A DNA stretch of 62,794 bases, filler included, from Globobulimina sp. (Eukaryota): assembly GCA_003354225.1 (NCBI GenBank). It is 40 parts of 40 records of this genome, joined end to end, with 100 filler letters (N's around TTAATTAATTAA, not from the genome) between each part and the next. Parts side by side here need not be neighbours in the genome. Positions count along the whole stretch, not along the records: positions 22,029 to 23,501 come from PIVH01016132.1; positions 23,602 to 25,074 come from PIVH01016133.1; positions 25,175 to 26,646 come from PIVH01016134.1; positions 26,747 to 28,218 come from PIVH01016135.1; positions 28,319 to 29,790 come from PIVH01016136.1; positions 29,891 to 31,362 come from PIVH01016137.1; positions 31,463 to 32,934 come from PIVH01016138.1; positions 33,035 to 34,506 come from PIVH01016139.1; 32 more parts are not named here. One strand, written 5' to 3'. Under the pieces are notes generated by a model. That model made no database searches and was not told where the DNA came from. It was given only the letters and a program-made list of their open reading frames with translations. Below are positions 22,975 through 34,606 of the stretch, piece after piece (position 1 is the first letter of the stretch; the number at the start of each line of letters is the position of its first letter). The position numbers and the translations under genes are program-made.

Positions 22975-23601
22975 TGTTTTTATATTTAATTTTTGTTAGA
23001 AATTACTTGTATTTTTAAGGTTTGTGATTTATACTAATTTGTACTGAAATCGATTAACATTCAAATGGGAAATTAATTGATAAGATTGACAATGTACTGA
23101 AACGTACGTGGGTTTAATAGAAGTTAGTATATGGTTGTAATGATGATTGGCCCTAAATGATGTGATGTTTTTTACTAGGATATGTTGAAAACCCTTTTTC
23201 AAAAAACATTTAATATTACAAATGTACAAGTTAAAACACTTTAATTTGCTTGAATTCAGCAACAACATCAAACAACACAGATCCAAACACAATCAACAAT
23301 ATTTTCACCAATTGGTATGAGGTAACTTTATACCCAGATATGCTCACAGGCGATTTCGCCAACATACCATCCAAATATATCATAATGGCAATATATTGCT
23401 GAGTATCCACATGTGTTATTTTCCTGATATCGTCAACTAAGTTTGATAGTGTTTTTTGATTGGAATAAAAGGGAAATATAACATATACCCAACCAATGAA
23501 ANNNNNNNNNNNNNNNNNNNNNNNNNNNNNNNNNNNNNNNNNNNNTTAATTAATTAANNNNNNNNNNNNNNNNNNNNNNNNNNNNNNNNNNNNNNNNNNN
23601 N

Positions 23602-23984
23602 GTTGTTTCAATCGAATATTTTTCACATTCAAAAGTCGAACCGTTTATTGTGTCGAATCCTTCAATTAAAAAACTAATTGAATCAATCGTTTCATTTTTT
23701 GCCGTATCTAAAAACATCAACGATTCGGACAAAATTTCGTCCTCAACCGCTCCGGAATAAGTTGTTGTTCCGGCGTTTTCACTTGTTTGCGCGTGACTCA
23801 AAAATTCGGTTGAAATGTCCCCAGTTACAAACGAAATCGGCGTTTCGCCCAATTGATTAAATTCGCAAAGTAATGTTGTACGATCCGAAATATTTGTGGC
23901 CAATGATTCATCCGCCAAACTAAGTGCAACGCCATAATTCCAATTGCTATGACAGTAAAAGTTTTTGTGAAAAACCACTGCCAC
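23602..23984 (-). CDS. Fragment of unknown acidic (probably extracellular) protein
   Basis: Open frame of about 127 codons with N-glycosylation sequons; no convincing start. Confidence 0.4.
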
Positions 23985-24058
23985 ACCATCACCAAACTAT
24001 CTTCCCTTCATTTCCTTTCCTTTCCTTTCCCTTCCAAAAACAAACACAAACCCAAACC

Positions 24059-25074
24059 ATGTTTCGTTTGTTATTATCGTTATCAGCATTAGGATTAGGC
24101 AATCGAGCTGTATTAGGCAACCATATCGAGCGACATGTGGTACCAATTCCTAACAACACACCTGATAATTGCGCAGCGTGTATTGTTAGTTGTTTTGGCG
24201 TAGAAGATGGTGATTATGCATCATGCAATTCGTGCCATTATTTTGCGAGCTGTTCCAATGGAGCAATAATTGACGATCGAGAATGTGCGGCAGGCACTGT
24301 GTGGGATGATTTGAACAAAGTATGTGATTATTTCTCACACTGTGAAACTCCACCGGTTGAATGTGATGTGGTGGATCCAAATGCACCGCAAATGCTACTT
24401 ACCCCTATGTCTGGTGAGTACCGTTGGGTTTCCGACGATGGAGGCAATATGTTCGATATCTGCGCATTGAGCGATGCAACGACGGTTACCATCACAAAAG
24501 TTGATACACATTGTTTAACGCGTACGGATCCACCGGCAACGAGCACAGTACATATTTTCGCGGCCACTGCTGCCAACCAAAGATATTCTGCAATATCTCT
24601 ATTAGCTGCGCAATGGACATTGGTCCATCAACAAACGGTGACGTGTGCTCCACAATACACACTAACAGAATTAGATCCATTTATGAATATTAATGGTGGC
24701 GTAGTAATTAATGGTGGAGAGTGTCGAGGCTTTTTTGTGGCGGTAACCCATGGCACTACAATTTTTAATGCAGGAGTCGGTGTGGGAAGTGTTTATGCCT
24801 CAAATGCAGATATACAACTTTTAACTGGCACTGGCAAAGGCTATGATGATGGTTTTAATAGTGATTCATATGAGCCATATTCATGGGAGGGGCAAATCCA
24901 TTATACAGTGGATAATACGCCATCTGTGTGCGGTGACTGCGTCGATGATTGTTATCGGGTCGCAGATGGTGATTATGAGTCTTGTAGCAATAGCGACGCC
25001 GTGTATGCCTCGTGTTGGGCGGACGGTCATTTATTGGATAATCGTCCCTGTCCACAAGGCTTAGTTTGGGATGA
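24059..25074 (+). CDS. Secreted protein with two chitin-binding type-2 (CBM14/peritrophin-A-like) domains, 3'-partial
   Basis: Signal peptide MFRLLLSLSALGLG; CxGxxDGDYxSC...SC..G...DxRxC..G.VWD twice. Confidence 0.85.
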
Positions 25075-25218
25075 NNNNNNNNNNNNNNNNNNNNNNNNNN
25101 NNNNNNNNNNNNNNNNNNTTAATTAATTAANNNNNNNNNNNNNNNNNNNNNNNNNNNNNNNNNNNNNNNNNNNNGATCACCACAGAAACGATCACCAATT
25201 CCAATGGGTCCATATTAG

Positions 25219-25297
25219 TGTCGCTTAGCTCAAGAAGAGCACTGGAATTGATGGGTATATCCAGAAGATTCAGGTTCAAATCCTGAGGCGATCACCA
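25219..25297 (+). tRNA. tRNA-like/tRNA-derived element with encoded CCA (pseudo-tRNA or SINE head)
   Basis: GTCGCT/GGCGAT acceptor stem, TA, GCTC/GAGC D stem, CTGGA/TCCAG stem, TCAGG-TTCAAAT-CCTGA T arm, A-CCA. Confidence 0.7.
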
Positions 25298-25300
25298 ATT

Positions 25301-25990
25301 CCGGATCCCAACGTATCGATATCGATGCCGACAATCTGCAAACAAGCCGGCGACGAATGGAAGCGAATGAGCAGTAAAGAAAAGGAGAAATATGAGCGCA
25401 AGCCAAGAGAGATAAGGCCAAATACGATGCATTGATGAAAGAGTATGAAAAGACCGATAATCATAAAGCATTTATGGGCATTTTAGCACTTTGGAAGGTG
25501 GAATGTGAGAAAATTAAATCGGGCCAAGGCGTGACTGCGCCAAAGGTGAAAGTGTGCGATAAGCAGGAAATGGATGTATCTGATGACGAAGCTGAGGGTG
25601 ATATGGATGTGGTGGATGATGTGAGCAGTGATAGTGAGGAGGAGAGTGCCGAGGAAAAAGTGGTTAAGAAAAAGAAAAAAATGCATAGGAAACGTAAACA
25701 TAAACGGAAGCGTAGACATAGACGCAAGAAGTGAGAGATTGAGAGCGAGAGCGAGGAGGTGGAGAGTGAGGAGGAGGAGGATGTTGATATGGATGCGGTG
25801 AGCGATGAGGAGGTGGAGACGGAGAGGGAAAGAATGAAGAGACTGAAAAGGGAGAAGAAGAGAGCTAAGAAGAAGAGGCGGAGGGAAGCGGAGGTTGAGG
25901 AGGAGAGACAGTAAAAAGAAGAAGAAATCGAAAAAAAAGAAGCGTAAACATAGGAAACATAAGAAAAAAAAGAAGAAAAAGAAGGAGAAA
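25301..25990 (+). pseudogene. HMG-box protein pseudogene with acidic/basic tail
   Basis: ICKQAGDEWKRMSSKEKEKYE, then a frameshift near 25396, AKRDKAKYDALMKEY; in-frame TGA at 25732 with coding-like sequence continuing. Confidence 0.7.
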
Positions 25991-26822
25991 GTAAGGGATG
26001 AGATAGATGATATCAGCAGTGAGGAGAGTGAATGTTGACGTATTTTGTTGTATTTTTTGTATTTTTGACTGCACTGACAATGATTATAATGTTTGGATTA
26101 TTATTTACACAAATTTGTTTACTTTGAGATTCATGCATTTGACGCTGAACGTTTCTATTAATTTCTTTGAAAGTTTTCATTAAAAAAGAGTTAGAGAAAA
26201 CATTTGAAGATGGCAACTTTTGAAGATTTAATTTGTTTCTCTTTGCGTTGTTGCATTAGTTACACCGTACGCGTATTTGTTTATATGTGCTATATATTAT
26301 TACCATTTCAGTGCACGACCAACAAACAAAACATTACGAAATACTGATCCACCAAAAGCAGAGCATATTTTCAATTGGCAACGAGCTCTATTCCGCACAG
26401 AAGAATATCCGCAGTCGTAGGATATATGGCAATTGGTCTATTTATGTCAATTATATTGGAACCAGCTTTTAATTTTGATTTAGTTCCAAAATGTATCAAA
26501 ACATTGTCATTGCGATGGTATCCATCGATAACGTTGTTGTATTATTAATATTTGATAGTTTGATGGCTATATTACCATACATGCTGTACATCATACGATT
26601 ATATCTCCGACAATGATTGTTGTACTGACTGGATATTTGCCGGATANNNNNNNNNNNNNNNNNNNNNNNNNNNNNNNNNNNNNNNNNNNNTTAATTAATT
26701 AANNNNNNNNNNNNNNNNNNNNNNNNNNNNNNNNNNNNNNNNNNNNAAAAGTGCTGTGTGCCGGTTCTTTGTTTCTTTCTATAATATCCGTGTTCTCCCA
26801 GTCATATGGCATGGGTATATCC

Positions 26823-27998
26823 TTATCCACTCAAATACGCAACATCAGCAATATCCGCCATCACAGGGCTTTGCCAGTCAGGAACAAGCATATCGTCAAG
26901 TGATGCACCGTCATATTTTATATGTGTTCCTTCTCCAAAGTTCAGGCTGTTTGCAATAACAAGCTGCTTGACATCATCAGGATTGAAGTTCATTATCTTT
27001 GCGACTGTAATGTCTGCGGCAAGAAAATCATTGCTTGCCAGCATAAAGTACTTTCCGGCGTTATTGCGTTCCTTTATATCTATTGTGATTCCTTTACCCT
27101 GGCCGGTTGAATTTGACTCATGATGCGGCCCCGAGCCTTCGAGGCAGATAGAACAGTCAATGACTGTAAAGTCTTCTTTTCCTTCGTTAAGTCGCCAATT
27201 GCAGATATCAATAAATGCACCCTCAACTCCGGTTCTTTCAACACCGGCAATAGTGGTGTCTAAATATGCCCTGTGCATTTTATCACGGAATATACCCATA
27301 AAACCCAAATGAACGCCAGGCACAATACCCACGTAGTTTTTCATTGAAGCTGTCATTTGCCCGTATTCATGTGTTTTGATAACAGGAACGGATATTACAT
27401 GATCTGCCTCATAAAACCGTGTGGCAACCATTAACCCGTTATCCATAAGCGGGTCATCACTTGAAGAAGGAATATAGCTCCATTCATCTGCCTGATTAAC
27501 ATTTAACAGCTCTATTTTGTTGTCTCCGTATTCAGATTTAAGGTATTCTACAGCAGATAACATATCAGTAGCACCGCCGTAAATTGTATTGCCATCAAAA
27601 AAAGGAAGCGAATCCCAGGTCCAGTCCACTCCCTGTGCGCCTTCACCGATTGTCACCCTGGCTGCACCTGCTGAAAGACACTGCTCTGCAACACCCACAA
27701 CAACTTCAGACTTTGTGCATTCTCCAATATCCGGAAAAAACTCACTCAATCCGAGAGCCACAAGGTTCGGCTTGATAAAGACGGTAGCACCGGTCAAAGC
27801 ATTTCCTGTGATCCCCAGTTTTTCTGTTGCCTGTCGTGCCATGGTATACAACTCTGAAAGCGCATCACCGGAAACGGCATAAACAGTTGCACTGCCCCCG
27901 GAACCGTCACCGCCGCAGCCTGTAATATACGGCACCATTAACGCGGCACATGTGCCTGCGCCGATTTTTAAAAACTCACGTCTTGTGAAATCGTCCAT
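26823..27998 (-). CDS. Bacterial DUF362-family protein with Tat signal and lipobox
   Basis: MDDFTRREFLK...ITGC; VFIKPNLV, ISVPVIKTH, TASMKN; AGGA RBS. Confidence 0.85.
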   Translation of the reverse strand: MDDFTRREFLKIGAGTCAALMVPYITGCGGDGSGGSATVYAVSGDALSELYTMARQATEKLGITGNALTGATVFIKPNLVALGLSEFFPDIGECTKSEVVVGVAEQCLSAGAARVTIGEGAQGVDWTWDSLPFFDGNTIYGGATDMLSAVEYLKSEYGDNKIELLNVNQADEWSYIPSSSDDPLMDNGLMVATRFYEADHVISVPVIKTHEYGQMTASMKNYVGIVPGVHLGFMGIFRDKMHRAYLDTTIAGVERTGVEGAFIDICNWRLNEGKEDFTVIDCSICLEGSGPHHESNSTGQGKGITIDIKERNNAGKYFMLASNDFLAADITVAKIMNFNPDDVKQLVIANSLNFGEGTHIKYDGASLDDMLVPDWQSPVMADIADVAYLSG

Positions 27999-28397
27999 TC
28001 GTGTTTTCCTGATTTTTTTTGGACACAGATGAGTACGGATCAGCAAATTATTATGAGGCGATATAATCACTCGTTATCCGAATCATCCGAGCCGTAATGT
28101 TTTGCGTGTAACTCTGGACATGCATTTGAATAAATGAGCTATATCATAAACTTCAGAGTGTCAAGGGAGTTTGTGAATCCGGCCATTTCCTGCGGGTGTA
28201 ATTAAAAGTATCAGAGAANNNNNNNNNNNNNNNNNNNNNNNNNNNNNNNNNNNNNNNNNNNNTTAATTAATTAANNNNNNNNNNNNNNNNNNNNNNNNNN
28301 NNNNNNNNNNNNNNNNNNCAAAAGTTGGCATTGTATGACCTAACGTTCAAAGTAAAAAAAAAAAAAAACGTTTAGTAAACTTTATCCACTACTTATC

Positions 28398-29790
28398 ATG
28401 GCACAGTTTTCTTGTAATTTTCTATTATTACTCTCATGGATACCATCGATTCGTTGTGATCCACCACTCGGATTTTTACCGAATATTATTCTATTTTTCG
28501 CTGATGATTTTGGTTGGGGTGATTTGGAAACATATGGTCATCCACAAGGATTAACCCCGAATATTGACCAATTAGCATTTGAAGGCACAAAATTAACTGA
28601 TTTTTATTCAGCATCATCAGTATGCAGTCCTTCAAGGTCAGTTATAATTGATTGCCCATATCCACTCTGAAACATATTTTATTTATACTCACAATGCCAA
28701 ACAGAGCCGCTTTGTTAACGGGACGTTTCCCAACTCGCACAGTTAAATTACACACATCCAAAACACATAACAAATATACAAATTCTATAAACAGGGTACC
28801 TGGCCAGGTGTTTTCTGGGCAGATTCAATTGGTGGATTACCAGCATCCGAGATTACCATTGCTGATTTTTTAAAAAACAACGGATTAAATTATTCCTCTG
28901 CAATTATTGGGTACATGAATACTTTCTATTTGTGAAAAGCAAAAAAAATATTTCTGTAATATATATACAAAGCAAATGGCATTTAGGCACAGGTGGACAG
29001 AATGGGAGCTATTTGCCAACCAACAGAGGTTTCGATTTTTATACAGGCATTCCATACTCGCACGACATGCCGGATCCACCCTTTTGTTTTCCAGACAACA
29101 GAGGTTGTTGGCCAGACACATCAATCGACCCATACAATGACACCTGTCCTGACTCATATAATCCAATCAACTTCGATCAAAGTAATATTTCTTGGGATTA
29201 TGATCCCGTCGCAACTGCACAAGCTCTGCACTATAAACAACGATACAGACAACTGCGGGAATTAAATCCAAATAAAAAAATAAAAATACCACTGGAATTG
29301 CAAAGAAGTGAGAATGTTTATTACGAGGATAACATTTCTGTAACATCACCGCCATTGCCATTATATTTGAATACAGAAATTATTCAACAGCCTGTAAACA
29401 TCACCATGGTGCCATCATGGTACACGAATCATGCAATATCATTTATAAATCACTCTGTGAGTAACAATCAAAGCTTCTTTGTTTATTATGCTTTCCATCA
29501 AACGCATCATCCACAATTTGCGTCAGCAAAGTTTTTCAACACAACACAGCGTGGAATGTTTGGGGATGCGCAATCTGAGATGGATTATAATGTGGGCTTA
29601 GTTATGAAGTATATAAAAAGCATTGGCGTTGATAAACAAACGTTTGTTTTTTTCACCAGCGACAATGGACCATCATTGCTCAGAGAAAGTTAACTTATTT
29701 TCAGCTGCACAATACACATTTTGTCAAAATATATAAAAACATAGCTCGCGGTGGTAATCCTGGGCCACTTAAATGCGGAAAGGGTACGAC
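28398..29790 (+). CDS. Arylsulfatase A-like formylglycine sulfatase; introns 28637..28704, 28742..28794, 28911..28972, 29689..29744; 3'-partial
   Basis: PNIILFFADDFGWGD, CSPSR|AALLTGR, GKWHLG, SDNGP, GPLKCGKGTT; all four GT-AG splices restore the frame. Confidence 0.95.
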
Positions 29791-30032
29791 NNNNNNNNNN
29801 NNNNNNNNNNNNNNNNNNNNNNNNNNNNNNNNNNTTAATTAATTAANNNNNNNNNNNNNNNNNNNNNNNNNNNNNNNNNNNNNNNNNNNNAGACTCAATG
29901 TCCATAATGTTAGAAAGTTGGAGTTTATATAGGAACTCGTTCATACATTGATCATACCATGATCATACCATGATCATACCATGCCATCTTCATCTTATCC
30001 GATACATCACTGTAATTAAAATTAGAGATTAA

Positions 30033-30114
30033 GAATTCACTATATATAGCAACAATTGCATAATTCACTATATATAGCAACAATATATAGCAGAATTCAC
30101 TATATATAGCAACA
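30033..30114 (+). repeat. Short tandem repeat AATTCACTATATATAGCAACA x3
   Basis: Copies at 30034, 30062 and 30094. Confidence 0.85.
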
Positions 30115-30183
30115 GTTTTTCAAATTTGCCTTCAGTCTCTACCATTTTATTCAAATCAAACAAAGAATTGAAACAAAAAACGC

Positions 30184-30987
30184 ATGGCACATTCAGATGA
30201 ATTAAAATATGAAGATGTGGTGAATTCAACTGAAGAGTCAACCAAAATAAAACAATTGCTTGACATTGCATTTCAAGATTTGGATGATTCATTGACTCAT
30301 TTTAAAACACAACATTCCAAGTTATAACTTGAATACAAAGCCATTGGTGATGACAATTTTTGTACATCACGAGGTGTCACAATGATGGATGATGTAACAA
30401 AACTTGATGTTTATTATAAACAGTTACAACAAGGGTTTGAAGATGTTTTCTTTGAGTATCGAAAGACAGACAAAGATTTAACAGAATTAAGAGTGGTAAA
30501 ATGCATTGACGACGATCATCAAATTACATATCAATCAAGAAAATCTAGTTTCGTTATGGTTGCACCGAGAGATTTGAATTGTATGACTACAAGATTTAAA
30601 TTCGACAATTATGCAAACAATCAAAAGATTGTGGGTTATATATCATATTCAATAAATGAAGACCATCCATTTTATGTTCCGACCAAAGAAAAACATGTTC
30701 GAGTGTCGACTTTAATCGGTTTAGTATTAAGTGTTGCCAATGATGATATAGAACACAATAAAGTTCGGGTTTGTCTTGTAAACTCATTGGATTTAGGTGG
30801 TTCTCTTTCTAAACTTAAATGGATAATAAATAAAGTTATACCAAAACTTGGAGTTAGAGTTAAAGATTTTGTTAAACAATTTGACAAAGTCGAAGAAACA
30901 TTAAGAAAGAGAGAAAAAAATAATTTTAAACAAGATTATGAACCCTTATTTAAGGAGTTAGCTCCGCAAACATTTGATCGTTTGTAA
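30184..30987 (+). CDS. START-domain lipid-binding protein with one in-frame TAA (30325..30327); possibly a pseudogene
   Basis: VAPRDL, VR...DLGGSL..WIINK; the upstream ATG at 30184 is in the same frame. Confidence 0.7.
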
Positions 30988-31467
30988 TAATAATCGTTTG
31001 CCGTAATTTAAATTGATACCATTAATTAATATTAAAAAAAATAATAAGATTCACTATGTGGCTATGTGCTATTACTAAATCTTGTTAAAATACTATTATT
31101 TAGGTACAAACATTCAGTGTCAGAAAAGTGTTTCTTCTGACTTGCAAACAGCAACATTTCATTCATTCGTGGTCAACAAATTACGTACAAAAATTCGACA
31201 TTTTACAATTTATTTATAATAGTTATTGATCAAAAAAATATGTGATTATCATCATCATCTTCATCATGTAATGTCAACACATCAACTTCATTTATTTCCA
31301 GTCCATTTGTTTCTTTCTCAAAATCAAAATGAACACGTTTTTTCATTTCAGCCAACTGTGTANNNNNNNNNNNNNNNNNNNNNNNNNNNNNNNNNNNNNN
31401 NNNNNNTTAATTAATTAANNNNNNNNNNNNNNNNNNNNNNNNNNNNNNNNNNNNNNNNNNNNTTAAA

Positions 31468-32001
31468 TTAACAATATGTTTCACTCCGATATGACCTGCT
31501 CAAGTACACAACAATAACAATCAATCCGAAGATTGCACATAAATTGAAAATCCGTTCAGTGAAATGAGTTTGTTGCAGATTCTTTATTGCTATTTTATGA
31601 GAGCAAATTTCTACATCTTTACTTTGAATATCTTGTTGTAGCACTTTTATTGTATCTTGTAACTGTTGATTGATGCTGTTTACTTTTTTATTTTGCAGCA
31701 TTCTTTGACCAATTTCTTTTTGTAATCTGTCTTTATCGTTTTTCAATGTTTTAATTGTTGATTGTATAGAATGTATAGAACCATTCTGTGTTTCCAATTT
31801 GTTAATCAATTGATTTTCTGCGTTTTCTCCATTGTTAATTTGTTCGCTTTTTTCCTCATCGCATTTCATATCACCGATACCATATAACCATATCGCTGCT
31901 GTTATTCTGACTAACATTGATATCAGCAATGTTTGCATTGAGTTTAAAGACCATTCGAATTTCCTCGGAAATATGCACTTATTCAACAAATGTACCAACA
32001 T
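31468..32001 (-). CDS. TM, coiled-coil, TM hypothetical protein
   Basis: 177-aa ORF with two hydrophobic segments flanking heptad repeats. Confidence 0.55.
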   Translation of the reverse strand: MLVHLLNKCIFPRKFEWSLNSMQTLLISMLVRITAAIWLYGIGDMKCDEEKSEQINNGENAENQLINKLETQNGSIHSIQSTIKTLKNDKDRLQKEIGQRMLQNKKVNSINQQLQDTIKVLQQDIQSKDVEICSHKIAIKNLQQTHFTERIFNLCAIFGLIVIVVYLSRSYRSETYC

Positions 32002-32192
32002 CTTTGCTTTGAGTTATTAAAATTATGAAACTATCATCTTGCATTATGATACTATGGTTGCTATCGGACAGTTTATTATGGTGATTCTCATTTTGATTCA
32101 AAAATGTGAGTAGCAAAAACATTTGCAAGTTCTTGTTATGATATATGTTATGAGTACATTTTGTTGGATATGATAAAAATATAATTTACGAG

Positions 32193-32934
32193 TCATTTTG
32201 TTGAAAGTAGGCAAAATCTCATAATTGAACGCATTTGAAAATATATATCAAAAAGTTCCATCCAAAATGCAAAAATAAACAAGATGATATATGAAGACGG
32301 AAACGAATAAAACAATCCAAAATTAATGAAATAAAAAGCATAAATAAAACATGACATTCTATGTATTCTCTGCAAAATGCAATTAATAATTCCAGATTGT
32401 TTATGCAATTTCCATTTAAATGTTTTCCAAATCACAGTTAAAACTCCCCAGGTATTTGATGTTAAAAATAATACAATCGATATTTGAATATCAATGTTAT
32501 ATTCGTTAACACCATGATTTAAAATTAATAAAAAAATTCCGACACAAAAATGATGACAAAATACAAACGTTAACCATGATTTGTTGAAATATTCAAATTT
32601 TTTAAACAAAATCACCAAATCACATAAATAACACCCCCACATACATGGTTTCCAACATAATAATCCATGATCGTCATTTGAGGCTAAAAATAAAAACAAA
32701 AATAATATAATTATATTATTCAAAATATCTCGAATACATGCTGTATTTTCATATAATTTTTTTTTTTTTACATGTAATGATAATAATATTGATTCTAATA
32801 TGTGTTCAAATAATAAATGAATACCCATAAACGTTAATGTTTGCAATATAAAACTTTTAAAACTATCAATTGAATGTACTCTGTAATCATCAATGAAAAC
32901 AACAACAATTAATATTACAAAAATCATTAAAATA
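32193..32934 (-). CDS. TLC (TRAM/LAG1/CLN8)-like multipass membrane protein
   Basis: YLCDL...HH...E/SN...R spacing across several TM helices. Confidence 0.6.
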
Positions 32935-33093
32935 NNNNNNNNNNNNNNNNNNNNNNNNNNNNNNNNNNNNNNNNNNNNTTAATTAATTAANNNNNNNNNN
33001 NNNNNNNNNNNNNNNNNNNNNNNNNNNNNNNNNNCAAAGAGATGAAAATTCCCGCATAATGACACAAACTATATTTCCTTCCAAATATAAATA

Positions 33094-34291
33094 ATTCAAA
33101 GTAACGGAAAATAAAAACACAGCAGCTAACACCGCCCAAAAATCAGCAGATAACAATGACAAATTAAATACCACAGCAGATGAATGTTGCAACATAACCG
33201 GAATTGTAACATAATACACACTCAAACTCAGAACATATCCAAATAAATATAACATGGTTTGCGCACAATATTCATTCACATAAAATAATGCTTTATGTTC
33301 CCATAACAGCCCTTGAATTAAAGTGATAATAAAGCCATACAATCCGATCATTCTTAAATATCTCCAAATCGATTGATAATGTTTGACAACATATTCAGCA
33401 AAAGAGTTTGATATCGAATAACAAACACAACCACAAAGTACTAAAATATCGCCGAAAACAGGGTTTATGCCATGATTTGATGATTTATTCACAACCGAAT
33501 CTGCATAAACTAATAATATCATTCCAGACAAAGAGATGAAAATTCCCGCATAATGACACAAACTATATTTCCTTCCAAATATAAATATCCCCCAAATCAG
33601 AACCATTGGAATGGTAAAACAATCCAATAACGACACTGATGTAATTGTGGTGTATTCGTATGCTGTCAACAAAAATACATTGCCTTCAACATCAGCAATT
33701 GCAGCAAATATATAATATATTGGTGCAATATGTTGTGTTGGACATAATAATTTACGCAAACATGGCCCTGATTGACATTTGATGTCTGCAGCTGGCAGCT
33801 TTTGGGTTGAATTAATTGTGGAATAATACGATTTTATTGGTGATAATGAATTAGATTTTGCTTTGGAAAATGTTGTTGATGATATTGATATGTTGCAATT
33901 GCTCACATGCTGAAATTCTGTATTTTTTAGAGTTGTTGGTGATTGGCACCGCTGTATTGACGAATGTGTTAGTGATGGAACCATGTTATTTTTTGAAATA
34001 ATGCATGAACGAAGCACTGTGAACATAAATAATAATAAATACATTGGAGCGTTCATCAATGTTGGCGTTCTCCAATTGCTGTTTTAATATTAAATTATAA
34101 CATGTACAGTGAATACAATGTATGACTCGATCCCTTAACTGCTCTGTTAACAATTCACTGAATACATTGATTAAAGCGAGTAGAAAGGCCACAAATTGCC
34201 AGCCCAGCACAACAAATATGACAGATGTTCGTGTGGTATCCTTAGAGAGTGTTGATATCAACGATCCATCTTCTTGGTTGTTGTTTGACAT
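33094..34291 (-). CDS. SLC35F-family transporter; intron 34079..34139; 3'-partial
   Basis: DVEGN...AYEYTTITSVSLLDCFTIP, GDILVL.G...YSISN, SSAVVFNLSLLSADFW. Confidence 0.92.
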
Positions 34292-34345
34292 TATCAAGTG
34301 AAGCAGATAAAAGTTTTGTAATTTTCCAAGTACAATTAACAAAGC

Positions 34346-34492
34346 ATGGCATCCTTATTTTCAGCCATTAAAAAAGCAATTGCTCCAAACTATGAAAGAC
34401 AAGTTGCTCAATTTGTAGCAATGGGTTTTGATCCACACAAAGCAGAGGAATATCTAACGAAATACGATGGTGATATGGACCTTGCCCTTCAA
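34346..34492 (+). CDS. First exon of a UBA-domain protein (missed by the ORF track)
   Basis: MASLFSAIKKAIAPNYERQVAQFVAMGFDPHKAEEYLTKYDGDMDLALQ then a GTTAA donor; MGF motif. Confidence 0.8.
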
Positions 34493-34606
34493 GTTAAATA
34501 TTAACCNNNNNNNNNNNNNNNNNNNNNNNNNNNNNNNNNNNNNNNNNNNNTTAATTAATTAANNNNNNNNNNNNNNNNNNNNNNNNNNNNNNNNNNNNNN
34601 NNNNNN

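Noticed and set aside
23924..24058. Listed N-terminal extension of the chitin-binding protein
   Set aside because: Pyrimidine-rich UTR-like sequence; the signal peptide begins at ATG 24059
14164..28218. Bacterial genes as HGT into the protist genome, or functional clustering of neighbouring contigs
   Set aside because: They occupy separate contigs with purely bacterial signals; contig order reflects length only
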